From positions 9,483-73,482 of IMG/VR virus record IMGVR_UViG_3300043666_000001: a stretch of 64,000 nt of DNA; one strand, written 5' to 3'. The translations under genes and the position numbers were made by a program. Position 1 is the stretch's first letter; each line of letters opens with the position of its first letter. A model generated the notes under the pieces. That model was given only the letters and a program-made list of their open reading frames with translations. It was not told the origin of the DNA and searched no databases. Source of the stretch: a virus (lineage: Duplodnaviria; Caudoviricetes). Positions 9,127 through 18,670 of this stretch are shown here, in pieces.

Positions 9127-9858
9127 CTAAGCAAAGACGTTGTAATCAAGAGAGTTGGGGGTGTCTAGGTAAAATCCTGCCATACTTGGGCCACCGGGGG
9201 TGTTAATTGCAACCCTACCCTCAGGAGCATGATAGAATGTGTAGGTGCAGTCTGCTGGCAAGACAGGGTCAATAAATTGTGACCCCCTTCCCACCGCTTC
9301 ACGATATTGCCCTTCACTCCAATTTGTCGGCTTTTGCGTAAGTATGAGTATGTGCTGAACAGTGCTATACCATGGGAATCCATCAGCAACTGTACCCCAT
9401 GGGTATGTTCCATCGGGCACATGAATTACCGCGTTTGCAAAGCTGATAAACTCCAGCTGGACAAATACACCATCCATTGCAGCTATTAGCCCATCCGTGA
9501 TGAATTGCTGGTCTACATCTTGCCCACGCTTTGCATAAACAGCCTGAATGCGTTGACGTCGTTGTGTATCATTGAGACTTGGGTCCATAGGTAAAGAGAG
9601 ATACTTCTCCACCCTGTTTAAAAATGCAGTCATCTTTAAGGGTTGCCCCTGTAAAGATAGCATGTTATTCAATGCCCACGCGCTCCATATAGCTCTTGCT
9701 ATGGCATAGTTCTGCACATAAACACTGCTGTTGATGTCAGTGTTATATCCGGTTCCCATTTGCAAATTCAAGCTATCGAGTATAGCTTTGATGGGTGAGG
9801 TGTTTCCCCCATATCTACGTGGGAATGGGGCGAAACCACCAAATGTGCCTGTACTCAT
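9127..9858 (-). CDS. baseplate wedge protein (Mu gp48-like position)
   Basis: Synteny; LSLPMDPSLNDTQRRQRIQAVY motif typical of this class. Confidence 0.6.
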   Translation of the reverse strand: MSTGTFGGFAPFPRRYGGNTSPIKAILDSLNLQMGTGYNTDINSSVYVQNYAIARAIWSAWALNNMLSLQGQPLKMTAFLNRVEKYLSLPMDPSLNDTQRRQRIQAVYAKRGQDVDQQFITDGLIAAMDGVFVQLEFISFANAVIHVPDGTYPWGTVADGFPWYSTVQHILILTQKPTNWSEGQYREAVGRGSQFIDPVLPADCTYTFYHAPEGRVAINTPGGPSMAGFYLDTPNSLDYNVFA

Positions 9859-10331
9859 ATAAAGAACACGTCAATGTTGACGCCTACAAGGTCACTGGCT
9901 ACGTTGCTTGCAGAGCAAAATATCTGTGTGGAATTGGATGTATCTTTTTGGAAATTGGCATTACTGGCACCACTCGCGGTTTGCACATTGCAAAACCCAC
10001 CTCGAACATTGAGAGTATGAGCAACCCCTAGCTCATCATTAACAGATGTTGGCCATACAATGCGATACTGTCCAGCTCCAACCCTACTCACTGTAGGGGT
10101 TACTGGTGCTGAGTTACCCCACAGGGAATCATGTGCCACCAACACTGGTGTTGTGGCGTTGCCTGTAAATTGAACCCATCCTCTAATCACAGTGTGTGTG
10201 CTCATGGCGACCGAGGCACTTAGTTGATTAAACTGCGCCGAGGCTTGGTCGGTAAGTGGATTCTCTACTGGGCTTGCGTCTATAAAAACGCCGCCATAGG
10301 TTTGAATGGTATCGGTAGAAGGTAAAGTCAT
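9855..10331 (-). CDS. baseplate/tail structural protein
   Basis: Synteny; beta-rich composition. Confidence 0.5.
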   Translation of the reverse strand: MTLPSTDTIQTYGGVFIDASPVENPLTDQASAQFNQLSASVAMSTHTVIRGWVQFTGNATTPVLVAHDSLWGNSAPVTPTVSRVGAGQYRIVWPTSVNDELGVAHTLNVRGGFCNVQTASGASNANFQKDTSNSTQIFCSASNVASDLVGVNIDVFFI

Positions 10332-10340
10332 TTGTTTGCT

Positions 10341-11867
10341 CTATGGGGTTGGGTAAAAGCCAAATCGAAATGGAACAAAAATATTAGGTGGGTCTGTGAC
10401 CACTCCGGGAATCGCGGGGAAGAAATTACCACCCTGCGTGGTTACAGTTGTGGTACCATCATTCCTATAATTGAATTGAGCACTTTGAACTTCACCACCA
10501 GCCTGGGTAATGGCTTGAAGGAAATTAGCCCCCATGGCACTGGGCCAAGATGATGTGGGGATTGGGTGTCTAAATCCTCGAATGAGAGCACTGGCATTGG
10601 TTGTCTTTTCCCCTGGACCAAGCAACTCACCCGCAGCAAGCACCGCGGCAACATATTGTAATTGATTCTGACTTTGAGGGAAAATCACATCACCAACACT
10701 CATGGCAAGGTCATTCAATGGTTGGTCTAATGTGACCACCCCTGAGCCTGAATTATACCCTATTACCGTTGCGGTGTAAAGCTTATTTTCTGCAAAATCG
10801 AACCTGGCAACCCTTGACACTCCAACTATTGGAGCAACTGTGGTATTCACCACGAAGTGTGTACTATCTGTACTGGAGGTTACAGTGACCACATTTATTC
10901 CACCAGTGGGGTTGAGGGGTGGCCAAGGGGTTCCATCGAGCCACCCTCCTCCAGGACCACTAGGGCTTGCGGTTGGAGCTGCTGGGAGGTTCAGCCCAAA
11001 AGCCATGGTGATAAACACGTTGTTTACTGTGGTAATGACCTGCAAACTACGTGATGGGAGCTTGCCAAGGATGTAGGGGATGATTGTCCCTGTCATCAAT
11101 ATGGAGTTAATATCCCTTCGGAGATTGGTCGCTGTTGGTGCTGCACATACAGCGATGTGCTCAGTTCCAGGTCCTTGTACCGCGGGGTAAGTAAAAGCCT
11201 TTTGAACACTTGGGCTACTGGCCTCCGCAATTTCATTGCAATGCTCAGGATTGCCACTCGCGGGAACATTGGCCTCGTTTGCCAACACCCTTTGACGAAA
11301 GTTCTCCTCAGTCTCAGCGTCAACACCATTTATCAAACCACCAACACCTACAAGTGCGGTTGGGGCAAAGAATGGTGGAGCCCCAGCCCATTGAAGGCTA
11401 GAGCCCTCAGGGAGGTTGGTAGCGTCTCCAGTATCCAACGCCTGGATGGGAATGCTATCACCCACCGCATAGGTTCCACCAACAGTGACCTCATACCTCA
11501 GGCCACTATCGTCAGTGAGTTGCTTCCCTGCTGGCACAAGCCCTGGAGCTGAGGAGTTGGCGATGATGTTCCCCAAACTGCCCGCGGCATTTCTTGGGAA
11601 AACACCGATAATGGCACCCAGGTCGATTAGCTGTTGACCCGTCGCGGTATCAGGGTTAACTTGGTCTGCGGAGAGAATGCCATTGCTTGCATTGACACTA
11701 AGTTCATTCGCAACCCCAAGAGTAACAACATAAAAGTCAGAGCTTGGAGAAACATTGGGGTTGGTTATGCCCCGGCGAATAAGTGCATTGCTTATGGTGG
11801 TAAGCATTGCTTTTTGATACTCTTCTGGAGTGGGGGTCTGTAGGGTAAAAAGAGGTGCGCTTGCCAT
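10341..11867 (-). CDS. baseplate J-like protein (Mu gp47 family)
   Basis: DTATGQQLIDLGAIIGV, GVDAETEENFRQRVL, SGNPEH motifs. Confidence 0.85.
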   Translation of the reverse strand: MASAPLFTLQTPTPEEYQKAMLTTISNALIRRGITNPNVSPSSDFYVVTLGVANELSVNASNGILSADQVNPDTATGQQLIDLGAIIGVFPRNAAGSLGNIIANSSAPGLVPAGKQLTDDSGLRYEVTVGGTYAVGDSIPIQALDTGDATNLPEGSSLQWAGAPPFFAPTALVGVGGLINGVDAETEENFRQRVLANEANVPASGNPEHCNEIAEASSPSVQKAFTYPAVQGPGTEHIAVCAAPTATNLRRDINSILMTGTIIPYILGKLPSRSLQVITTVNNVFITMAFGLNLPAAPTASPSGPGGGWLDGTPWPPLNPTGGINVVTVTSSTDSTHFVVNTTVAPIVGVSRVARFDFAENKLYTATVIGYNSGSGVVTLDQPLNDLAMSVGDVIFPQSQNQLQYVAAVLAAGELLGPGEKTTNASALIRGFRHPIPTSSWPSAMGANFLQAITQAGGEVQSAQFNYRNDGTTTVTTQGGNFFPAIPGVVTDPPNIFVPFRFGFYPTP

Positions 11868-12340
11868 TATATAACCTTTACCTGCTCAATTTGAGTGCCC
11901 AAATCAACCCAACGTGTTATAAAGTACCCACCTGTTGTCCCAAATCTATCAACAGTGATAGATGTGATGGAGATGATTTTCCTATTTACCAAATCACTCA
12001 ACGCGGATTGAATGAGCTGTGTCACATCTTTAGTAAAACTATCAGTAATAACCCTAATGGATGCCAAGTCATTCCCCATGCCCAGTACTGAGGAGGAGTT
12101 CAATACTGTAACAAATGCTAGCTCCACAAGTTGTTGTGCAGTGGTCATTCCATAAAGATTGCCAGTGGTTGACATTACATAGTCTTTGGTAACTGGGTCA
12201 ATCCTCCTGCCTGTCAAACTCCCAGGGCCAAAAGGGTCATTTAACAAGTAAGGTGCTTTTATTGGGGCTTGAAATGTTTGCCCATAACCTGCGTCTGTAC
12301 TACCCGCGTAACTCAAGCCACAGCCGTAATAAAATGCCAT
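11867..12340 (-). CDS. baseplate protein (gp46/gp25-like)
   Basis: Between spike and baseplate J; IQSALSDLV...ISITSITV. Confidence 0.6.
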   Translation of the reverse strand: MAFYYGCGLSYAGSTDAGYGQTFQAPIKAPYLLNDPFGPGSLTGRRIDPVTKDYVMSTTGNLYGMTTAQQLVELAFVTVLNSSSVLGMGNDLASIRVITDSFTKDVTQLIQSALSDLVNRKIISITSITVDRFGTTGGYFITRWVDLGTQIEQVKVI

Positions 12341-12349
12341 CTTATAAGT

Positions 12350-12460
12350 CTAACCCTTGTCTTTTGCGGAAAGCCCGTTCTTTTTAGAAGGACGCGGCGT
12401 AAATGCTGTATGGTCTTTCATGATTTTGCATGAAGCGCAAAGTGCGCCATAAAATGCCAT
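12350..12460 (-). pseudogene. 36-codon remnant resembling the zinc-finger N-terminus of EndoVII/HNH-type endonucleases
   Basis: Hand translation MAFYGALCASCKIMKDHTAFTPRPSKKNGLSAKDKG*; first 12 nt identical to the start of the downstream gene. Confidence 0.45.
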
Positions 12461-12470
12461 GGTTTATTCT

Positions 12471-12794
12471 TCAATCTAAGGGGCATGAGGGAATAGAGAT
12501 AGAAACTGTTGGTAACCCAGGCAATCCAGGGATAGGGACCACAATAGGTGGAATGCTGAAACTTGGTGGTGATGGGAGTGTAATGTCAATAGAGGGGATG
12601 GTTAGTGATACCAACCCCAACCCTGGGATTCCAGGTATTGGAATGAGTATTGGTGGAATACTCAAACCTGGTATGGGTGGTAGGGTAATGTCTATCTGTG
12701 GAATTGTGACTCCAATGGTCAGCAAACCTGGTAAACCTGGGATTGCTAGAACAATTGGAAGTACAAGGAAAAGGAAGAATGCGCATAGACTCAC
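12471..12794 (-). CDS. Pro/Ile-rich repeat protein (spike-tip candidate)
   Basis: About 2.5 copies of a 35-aa repeat; ATGA overlap with the spike gene. Confidence 0.65.
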   Translation of the reverse strand: MSLCAFFLFLVLPIVLAIPGLPGLLTIGVTIPQIDITLPPIPGLSIPPILIPIPGIPGLGLVSLTIPSIDITLPSPPSFSIPPIVVPIPGLPGLPTVSISIPSCPLD

Positions 12795-13468
12795 AACGCC
12801 GCCTTTACACTTGTGCTACCAATTCCAGTAGGTCCAGTACCAACAAGCACAGGTGTCACCGCGTTGGCGCCTAAGCTTACATTTGCACCATTTAATGCAA
12901 TCCCCTGCCCAATCAATGTAATCCCCTGGTCGTTAAGCTGAATAGCAGAACCCCCACCCCATGCAAGCTTTATTCCATCTTGACCAATGCTTAATGCACC
13001 CCATGGTGTGCTGAGGGTAATTCCACTGGTGGCATTAACTTGCACCATGATACTATCACCTCCCTCAACATTACCTCTTGATGTATAGAGTGCCGCGTTG
13101 CCATTGGCTTTGAGCATCAATCTTGCCTGTGCTTTGCCATCAACCCCAGCCGCGTAAACACATGTCTCCCCAGGCTGAAGACTTCCCGCGATTTTCTGAC
13201 TGCGGATATCCCTTGTTCCCAGGCAAACATCGTTGTTTGATTGTCGGACAATAAATGCCTGGCACGCACCGTTTGCGTGACCGGGTTGTGGATTGCTCGG
13301 CCGTGAGAGAACGCCTGTTGTCTGCCAACTCTCCACATTATCAGCTTCGGAGAATTGATTGGCCACATCGCCAGTTTGAAGGATAATGGTGCCAGTGGAG
13401 GCGTCAACTATACTGCCAAGTATATCTGTACCTGTTTGGAAATTGCCTGAGGCTGCCGGGGATGCCAT
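12791..13468 (-). CDS. baseplate central spike (Mu gp45-like)
   Basis: WQTTGVLSRPSNP, DIRSQKIAGSLQPGETCVY, C-terminal beta-repeats. Confidence 0.75.
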   Translation of the reverse strand: MASPAASGNFQTGTDILGSIVDASTGTIILQTGDVANQFSEADNVESWQTTGVLSRPSNPQPGHANGACQAFIVRQSNNDVCLGTRDIRSQKIAGSLQPGETCVYAAGVDGKAQARLMLKANGNAALYTSRGNVEGGDSIMVQVNATSGITLSTPWGALSIGQDGIKLAWGGGSAIQLNDQGITLIGQGIALNGANVSLGANAVTPVLVGTGPTGIGSTSVKAAL

Positions 13469-13478
13469 TTGCTATCTC

Positions 13479-14732
13479 TCAGAATGTAAGGGAATTTTTG
13501 CGTATGAGTTGAAGCTCAGTGGTTGTACCACCTTGACGTGATTTTTTAAATGTACGTGCCAAAATATACATATCCTCATTCACCCCACTGACCTCATCAT
13601 TGAAATTCACTGTTTTATCAACTGTCCAGATGGTTGGAACAGCATCAACTTGTGATACTTGACTATGTCCCTTAACCACGACGTGCACATCTAGCCCCCG
13701 GCGCAGTCTAAGACTCATCTCCCTAAGCACAAATCCATTAAGTTGCTCTTGAGTTTTCGCCTCATCGTCATGCAAAAACATGGGCTTTGCGTTTGGTAGC
13801 TTTATCTTGTTGCCAAAGAATGGAATGACTTGTTTGACCATACCAGCTTTGGCATATTTCTTCAACACCGCAGTGTTGTCCACATCAAGGAAGGGATTCT
13901 CTACATAAGCCCTCATCCTGGCTCTACCAAACTCATACCCACCACTGAACCCATCCGCGATGATGACACTGGGTTGCTCCCCCACATCATAGGTGACATC
14001 ACCACTTAGGATGTTATTGAACCCATTGAACTCCCTGCGAAGGGAGAACACCGCTGGTTGGTCATAATTAGGCTTTCCTGCAACGATGTTTTTCCCATCC
14101 GCTGTTAGCCAAAGCCAAAGCCCAAGTCTCTGGGTGACCCTTGTGGCAAACTCAAATGCCCCCTCATTTGGGTAAGGGCGAAGTTGGTGGATGTTATAGC
14201 TAAGCAATGGCTTACCACCACCTTTACCGCCGACATTCTGCTGGCGTGTTTTCACACCCTTGACATTCTTACTCATGATAGCGACGTTGTCGCTATTATC
14301 TATCACAAAGCTATTCTCGTTGAACCCAAATGGAGAGAACACCGCGGTGAGAAATTGCAGCAAATTCATTCCTGCATTGAACTTCAATAATGGGTCAATG
14401 CCACTATCTATCAGGGCTGCAATCTTGTCTCTACCCTGTATAACCATCTCAGTTCCACCACTCCGATTTACACGGTAGGTGATGCTATCTATACGTGCAT
14501 CCACCTGTACAGCCCCATTAACTGTACATCGGACATTTGCTCCAGGAACAAGCGCTGTTCTGTTGATGGTGTTTATCTCATCCCCCACAACGGTAAAACT
14601 AAACGCATCGGTTGGAATGAGGAAATTGCTAGTAAAGCTGTACTCTTTCCATCGATTGAGCTTCACTCCACTGTCAACCACCTGCATCTCAACTACATCA
14701 TCCCCTGGCAATCCAATAGGGAGAACACTCAT
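13479..14732 (-). CDS. baseplate hub (Mu gp44/gpP-like)
   Basis: WKEYSFTSNFLIPTDAFSF, QGRDKIAALIDS, NNILSG, GTTTELQL motifs. Confidence 0.85.
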   Translation of the reverse strand: MSVLPIGLPGDDVVEMQVVDSGVKLNRWKEYSFTSNFLIPTDAFSFTVVGDEINTINRTALVPGANVRCTVNGAVQVDARIDSITYRVNRSGGTEMVIQGRDKIAALIDSGIDPLLKFNAGMNLLQFLTAVFSPFGFNENSFVIDNSDNVAIMSKNVKGVKTRQQNVGGKGGGKPLLSYNIHQLRPYPNEGAFEFATRVTQRLGLWLWLTADGKNIVAGKPNYDQPAVFSLRREFNGFNNILSGDVTYDVGEQPSVIIADGFSGGYEFGRARMRAYVENPFLDVDNTAVLKKYAKAGMVKQVIPFFGNKIKLPNAKPMFLHDDEAKTQEQLNGFVLREMSLRLRRGLDVHVVVKGHSQVSQVDAVPTIWTVDKTVNFNDEVSGVNEDMYILARTFKKSRQGGTTTELQLIRKNSLTF

Positions 14733-15733
14733 TTTTGCACCGGAGAATAATATCTCACTGTTGCGCCAGTGGGAATATATGGTGTCCTAACCAACCCAGG
14801 GTTGAGGTTCATCAAATCCTGAACTGGTGCCTTGGTCGCGATGGTTATCCCCGCAAGGGAGATTGGCTGTGGCACACGATAGAACACAATGGGCCTTCCA
14901 CTCTCAAGTAGAGTTTGCCTGAAATTATCCAGTGCAGCTTTCATGCTCTCAACACTTTGCCGTAAAGGCCAATACATTGTGGTGAGTGCACGATTGGTTT
15001 GAGATGGAAATGGGTTGATGATGCTTGCAACAGTGGTGCGAGGGGGAGTTACTGCCCTTCCAATCGCGTCACCAATTCTATTGAGCCTGTATCCCATTTG
15101 GTCAATTTTCCCCACCACTCGATGGGATTGAATGGTGACTTGGTCAAACACACTGGTCGCTTGAGTCAATGTGTCAAAAAAGTCAGGCTTGAACTCTGGC
15201 CTTGAGGCATAGATAGTGCTGCCCAATTCTCTATCCAGGTCCCCAGCAAAGGTCTGCACATTATTAACTGGGGAGATATTTCCATTAATCCTGGAGATAT
15301 CATTCTGAGTAAGTGTCTCTTTCCAGACACAGTCAACCTCAACACCATCACGTGTTGTGGCCCTCCAGTCAGTATTGACTGACATCACCTTACAGTTAAT
15401 TGGTCCAAACTCTGGGTGACCTAGCACCCCAGTGCTACCATCACTTGCTGAGAGGAAAAATCCCCTATATACACTTGGGTATAGAGTGGAGAAATTCTCA
15501 TTTTTCCCAGGTGTGATGTGGTTTTTAAACAATGCCTTACAGGAGAACACCAGCGCATTTCTACCAGTATTCTCCAGCTCTTCCCCATCTACCTTCCAAA
15601 ATTTATGCTCAGCCATGTCATGACTCATGCCAACAGTCATTTCAGTAACTGGAAACTCATACTTGGTTCCTTGTCCCCCTTGCCCTGTCCAGGAAAAAGC
15701 GCCAAGTTGTGATAGGATATCATTACCAGCCAT
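14729..15733 (-). CDS. Mu DNA-circularization-type tail protein (gp43/gpN-like) with LysM-like C-terminus
   Basis: AEHKFWKVDGEELENTGR, GVLGHPEFG; C-terminal DLMNLNPGL. Confidence 0.8.
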   Translation of the reverse strand: MAGNDILSQLGAFSWTGQGGQGTKYEFPVTEMTVGMSHDMAEHKFWKVDGEELENTGRNALVFSCKALFKNHITPGKNENFSTLYPSVYRGFFLSASDGSTGVLGHPEFGPINCKVMSVNTDWRATTRDGVEVDCVWKETLTQNDISRINGNISPVNNVQTFAGDLDRELGSTIYASRPEFKPDFFDTLTQATSVFDQVTIQSHRVVGKIDQMGYRLNRIGDAIGRAVTPPRTTVASIINPFPSQTNRALTTMYWPLRQSVESMKAALDNFRQTLLESGRPIVFYRVPQPISLAGITIATKAPVQDLMNLNPGLVRTPYIPTGATVRYYSPVQK

Positions 15734-15738
15734 TGTGT

Positions 15739-18000
15739 TTATCTTCCATTACTACCACCACGTTGAGCTATTGGGGCTTCTCGATTGCCACGGCCAGCAT
15801 CTCCACTGTAGTCATCCATACCGCCCATGGCTTGACCAGTTTTTTCAATTACAGCTGTAAGAACCTTTATTGCACCACTGAGCTCTTTGCTCTCTTGAAT
15901 CTCACGGTCTTTAACAATCTGTCCAGCTTGGTCCCGCATAGAGTGTCCACTATAGCCAAACACCCCCGCGGCTCCCTCAGCAGTTGCAGCAATCCCGGTT
16001 CCAAATGAGTTTAGAAATCCAGTATTTGTCTTGCTTGCTCTGTCGGACTCTGCATTCAATTCAGCCAGTTTGGATTTAGCAGCTTCCATATCCGCAGATG
16101 TTGCTTTTGAAGGATTAAATATTGCTTTGGTAACTCTATCAGCACCAGAGATGCTGTCTTCTATTTGCTTGTCTGCCGCGGATAGCGCATTACCTCTGAT
16201 GTCCCAATTTCCAGCAGCTCCAATAGCGACAGAACCAGCAGCTGCCGCAGCCCCAACAACACCAAGCCCAACACCCAAACCTGAGCCACCAGGTGGGTTA
16301 GCGCCACCACCTACGGCTATACCACCACCTACAATTTTGGAAACTCCACCTTGCAACCCAGCCATAGCAAATGCTATAGCAAGCTCCTTAAGCAAAAAGG
16401 CCCCTATGAGGGCACCCACTCCAATGAATGGGTTTTGCGAAAACCAGCTCACAAATTTTGCAAGTGCACTGGTCATATCAACGATGAATGGGATAAGCTT
16501 GGTCAACTCTGGAACAAGTTTGAGCACCTCTGGCAAAAGCTGCTCACCAACCGCGATTTTCAGCTTCTCTGTAACAATAGCGAACTGCTTATCTGCCTCT
16601 GCTCGGCGTGCTGTTGCCTGCTCAAGTGCCTTATCCTCTGATAGCATTTTGCTACTAAGGTCTGTAAGCTCCTTAACCACTGCGGCTCTAGCTTGCTCTG
16701 TATTCATCCCTGCTTTTATAGCATTGCGGAATGTCTCCATGGGCCCATTGATAGCGCGAACGGATTGGGCACTGAATGTGTGATCTAGGTTTTCAGCCTT
16801 ACCTTTTGAAGCAACAGTGACATCCGTGATGATATCTTGGGCACTCTTCATATCCCCATTTTTATCTCGGAGTTTAATACCAAGTGAATCTTGGATTTTG
16901 CTGAAATGATTTGCCACGTCATTGCCAAAGCTTTGGATGGATGTAAGTGCTTGTGTGGGGGTTGCAGCACCACCGTGTGCCTTGTTGATTTCACCAACAG
17001 CTCCAAGGGTGAAAGCATTCTGCATTTTACTCACACCCCCAAACCTACCCGCGGTTGATGTGATTTTAGCAAACCCTTTTGCAAAATCCTTCAACTCAAC
17101 AGCTCCAGATTTACCCATTTCAACGTAGGTGCCAAGCGCAGTGCCAAGCTCCTTGGCCTTGGTGATTGTCCCTGAGGCAAAAAGCTCACCAGCCGCGTTT
17201 GCCATGTCAGTAAGACTGCTACCGCTTGCATCGGCATAGTCAGAGATGGTTTTGAGCACCTCTTTCCCTTTATCCAAGTCACCGGTTAGGTCAGTGAATT
17301 TTCCAAGGGCCTTTAGAGTTTCCTCTGTTCCCCTGCCATTCCTAATACCCTCACTTGTAGCGGTGCCAAGAACGTCACCAGTCTGGAATTGCTTCCCACC
17401 AGTCTTGGAGCCTTGGATTGCAATTTGACTCGCAAGGCCATGCATATTTGCCCTATCCCGGACACTGTCTGCAATGCCAAAGCCACCCATAATGCCAACC
17501 GCAGCTGTTGCAAGGCCACTAGCAGCATTGATGCCACGCGTTACACCATTCGCGAACCTCCTACCAACATTGTCCGCAAATCTCTTTCGAGCTCTATTTC
17601 CGGCCTCTATTGCCCTAGCCTCCTCCTCAGCTTGGCGCTTAATCCCAGCCATGATAGAGTTAGCCGTGCGCATATACGCTTGCTGTTGTTGTCGCTGCTC
17701 ACGCTCAGTTATACGTGTTTTGGCCTTCTCTGCACGCTCATGGTCCTTTACAGCCTTGTTCTGTGCCTTCTCCTCATTCTTATCAGCCTGGGTCTTTATA
17801 CGTTCCTCTTGCTTAACTCTGTCTATAGTTGCTTTTAGAGCATCCTTCTCTGCCTTGGTTACTGCCTTTGCAGTGTTATTCGCAGACTTGGTGCGCAATT
17901 TCTCCAGGTTGGCGATGGCCTGTTCAACCGTTTTTATATCACGGAGAAAGTCCTTTAGCCCAACATTGACATTTATTGTAACAGGCTGAATACTTGGCAT
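15739..18000 (-). CDS. tail tape measure protein
   Basis: 753 aa, helical Ala/Gly-rich, GAVELKDFAK core; follows the chaperones. Confidence 0.85.
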   Translation of the reverse strand: MPSIQPVTINVNVGLKDFLRDIKTVEQAIANLEKLRTKSANNTAKAVTKAEKDALKATIDRVKQEERIKTQADKNEEKAQNKAVKDHERAEKAKTRITEREQRQQQQAYMRTANSIMAGIKRQAEEEARAIEAGNRARKRFADNVGRRFANGVTRGINAASGLATAAVGIMGGFGIADSVRDRANMHGLASQIAIQGSKTGGKQFQTGDVLGTATSEGIRNGRGTEETLKALGKFTDLTGDLDKGKEVLKTISDYADASGSSLTDMANAAGELFASGTITKAKELGTALGTYVEMGKSGAVELKDFAKGFAKITSTAGRFGGVSKMQNAFTLGAVGEINKAHGGAATPTQALTSIQSFGNDVANHFSKIQDSLGIKLRDKNGDMKSAQDIITDVTVASKGKAENLDHTFSAQSVRAINGPMETFRNAIKAGMNTEQARAAVVKELTDLSSKMLSEDKALEQATARRAEADKQFAIVTEKLKIAVGEQLLPEVLKLVPELTKLIPFIVDMTSALAKFVSWFSQNPFIGVGALIGAFLLKELAIAFAMAGLQGGVSKIVGGGIAVGGGANPPGGSGLGVGLGVVGAAAAAGSVAIGAAGNWDIRGNALSAADKQIEDSISGADRVTKAIFNPSKATSADMEAAKSKLAELNAESDRASKTNTGFLNSFGTGIAATAEGAAGVFGYSGHSMRDQAGQIVKDREIQESKELSGAIKVLTAVIEKTGQAMGGMDDYSGDAGRGNREAPIAQRGGSNGR

Positions 18001-18002
18001 AG

Positions 18003-18212
18003 CTACCTAACTTGCGATTTACGTTTGTTCTCAGCCTCAATCTGGGCTTTCTCTACGGCTCTGTTGTGTTCTCTTCGACAGGCAAGCCAGGCGAGGCATT
18101 GACCTTCCGTGAGCTCCAGAGCTGTTGTGCCGAATACTTCAGCAGGTCGTTTTTCTGCTCCGACGTGAGCAAATAAAAAGGAGAAGTGATTTGAGCCCCA
18201 AGTGCTAGCTTC
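18003..18212 (-). CDS. -1 frame extension of the tail assembly chaperone (G-T frameshift product)
   Basis: Met-less open -1 frame reading ...RPAEVFGTTALELTEGQCLAWLACRREHNRAVEKAQIEAENKRKSQVR*, ending 2 nt before the tape measure ATG. Confidence 0.7.
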   Translation of the reverse strand, partial: EASTWGSNHFSFLFAHVGAEKRPAEVFGTTALELTEGQCLAWLACRREHNRAVEKAQIEAENKRKSQVR

Positions 18213-18670
18213 TCAAGCCATGCCTCCATATCAGATTCACTCATGGTGCTGGTCATGGGACCAATCTCACCCGTCATTTGCGCATAGGCTTGGACAAGTA
18301 CAGCAACCTCATCACTTGTAAGATGGTCCCTGATTGCCTGTGAGGATGGGAAGAACTTGGCATTGAAGTCTTGAGAACTCCTCGCGGATTGATAGAGGAA
18401 CTCTGTCGCAGCTGCACTATCATACACTGTGCTATACCCAGTTCCACGCTCATCGGTCTTTTGAACCCCAAACTTGGATTGAACATATTTCTCTGCCTCT
18501 GATGCGCTTCTAACCTGCTCACTTGGTGTAAGTGATGTAAGTATCAGTTTGCATATTGGATTCCCCTCAGCATCCTTCCTGGGAAAATCAACCTCTCGAT
18601 GAGGTCGAGGGAGTTTGGTTAGCTCACTCCACAATTGTGCAGGGGAAAGGGAATCACTGGGTAGAGACAT
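18053..18670 (-). CDS. tail assembly chaperone
   Basis: Directly upstream of tape measure; start moved to ATG 18670 (GAGG upstream). Confidence 0.75.
   Translation of the reverse strand: MSLPSDSLSPAQLWSELTKLPRPHREVDFPRKDAEGNPICKLILTSLTPSEQVRSASEAEKYVQSKFGVQKTDERGTGYSTVYDSAAATEFLYQSARSSQDFNAKFFPSSQAIRDHLTSDEVAVLVQAYAQMTGEIGPMTSTMSESDMEAWLEKLALGAQITSPFYLLTSEQKNDLLKYSAQQLWSSRKVNASPGLPVEENTTEP

Noticed and set aside
12430-12831. Gly-rich collagen-like plus-strand ORF
   Set aside because: Antisense shadow of the Pro/Ile repeat gene; the minus ORF is coupled to the spike gene
16031-17989. Long plus-strand ORFs opposite the tape measure gene
   Set aside because: Shadow frames of an Ala-rich gene, with no motifs or RBS
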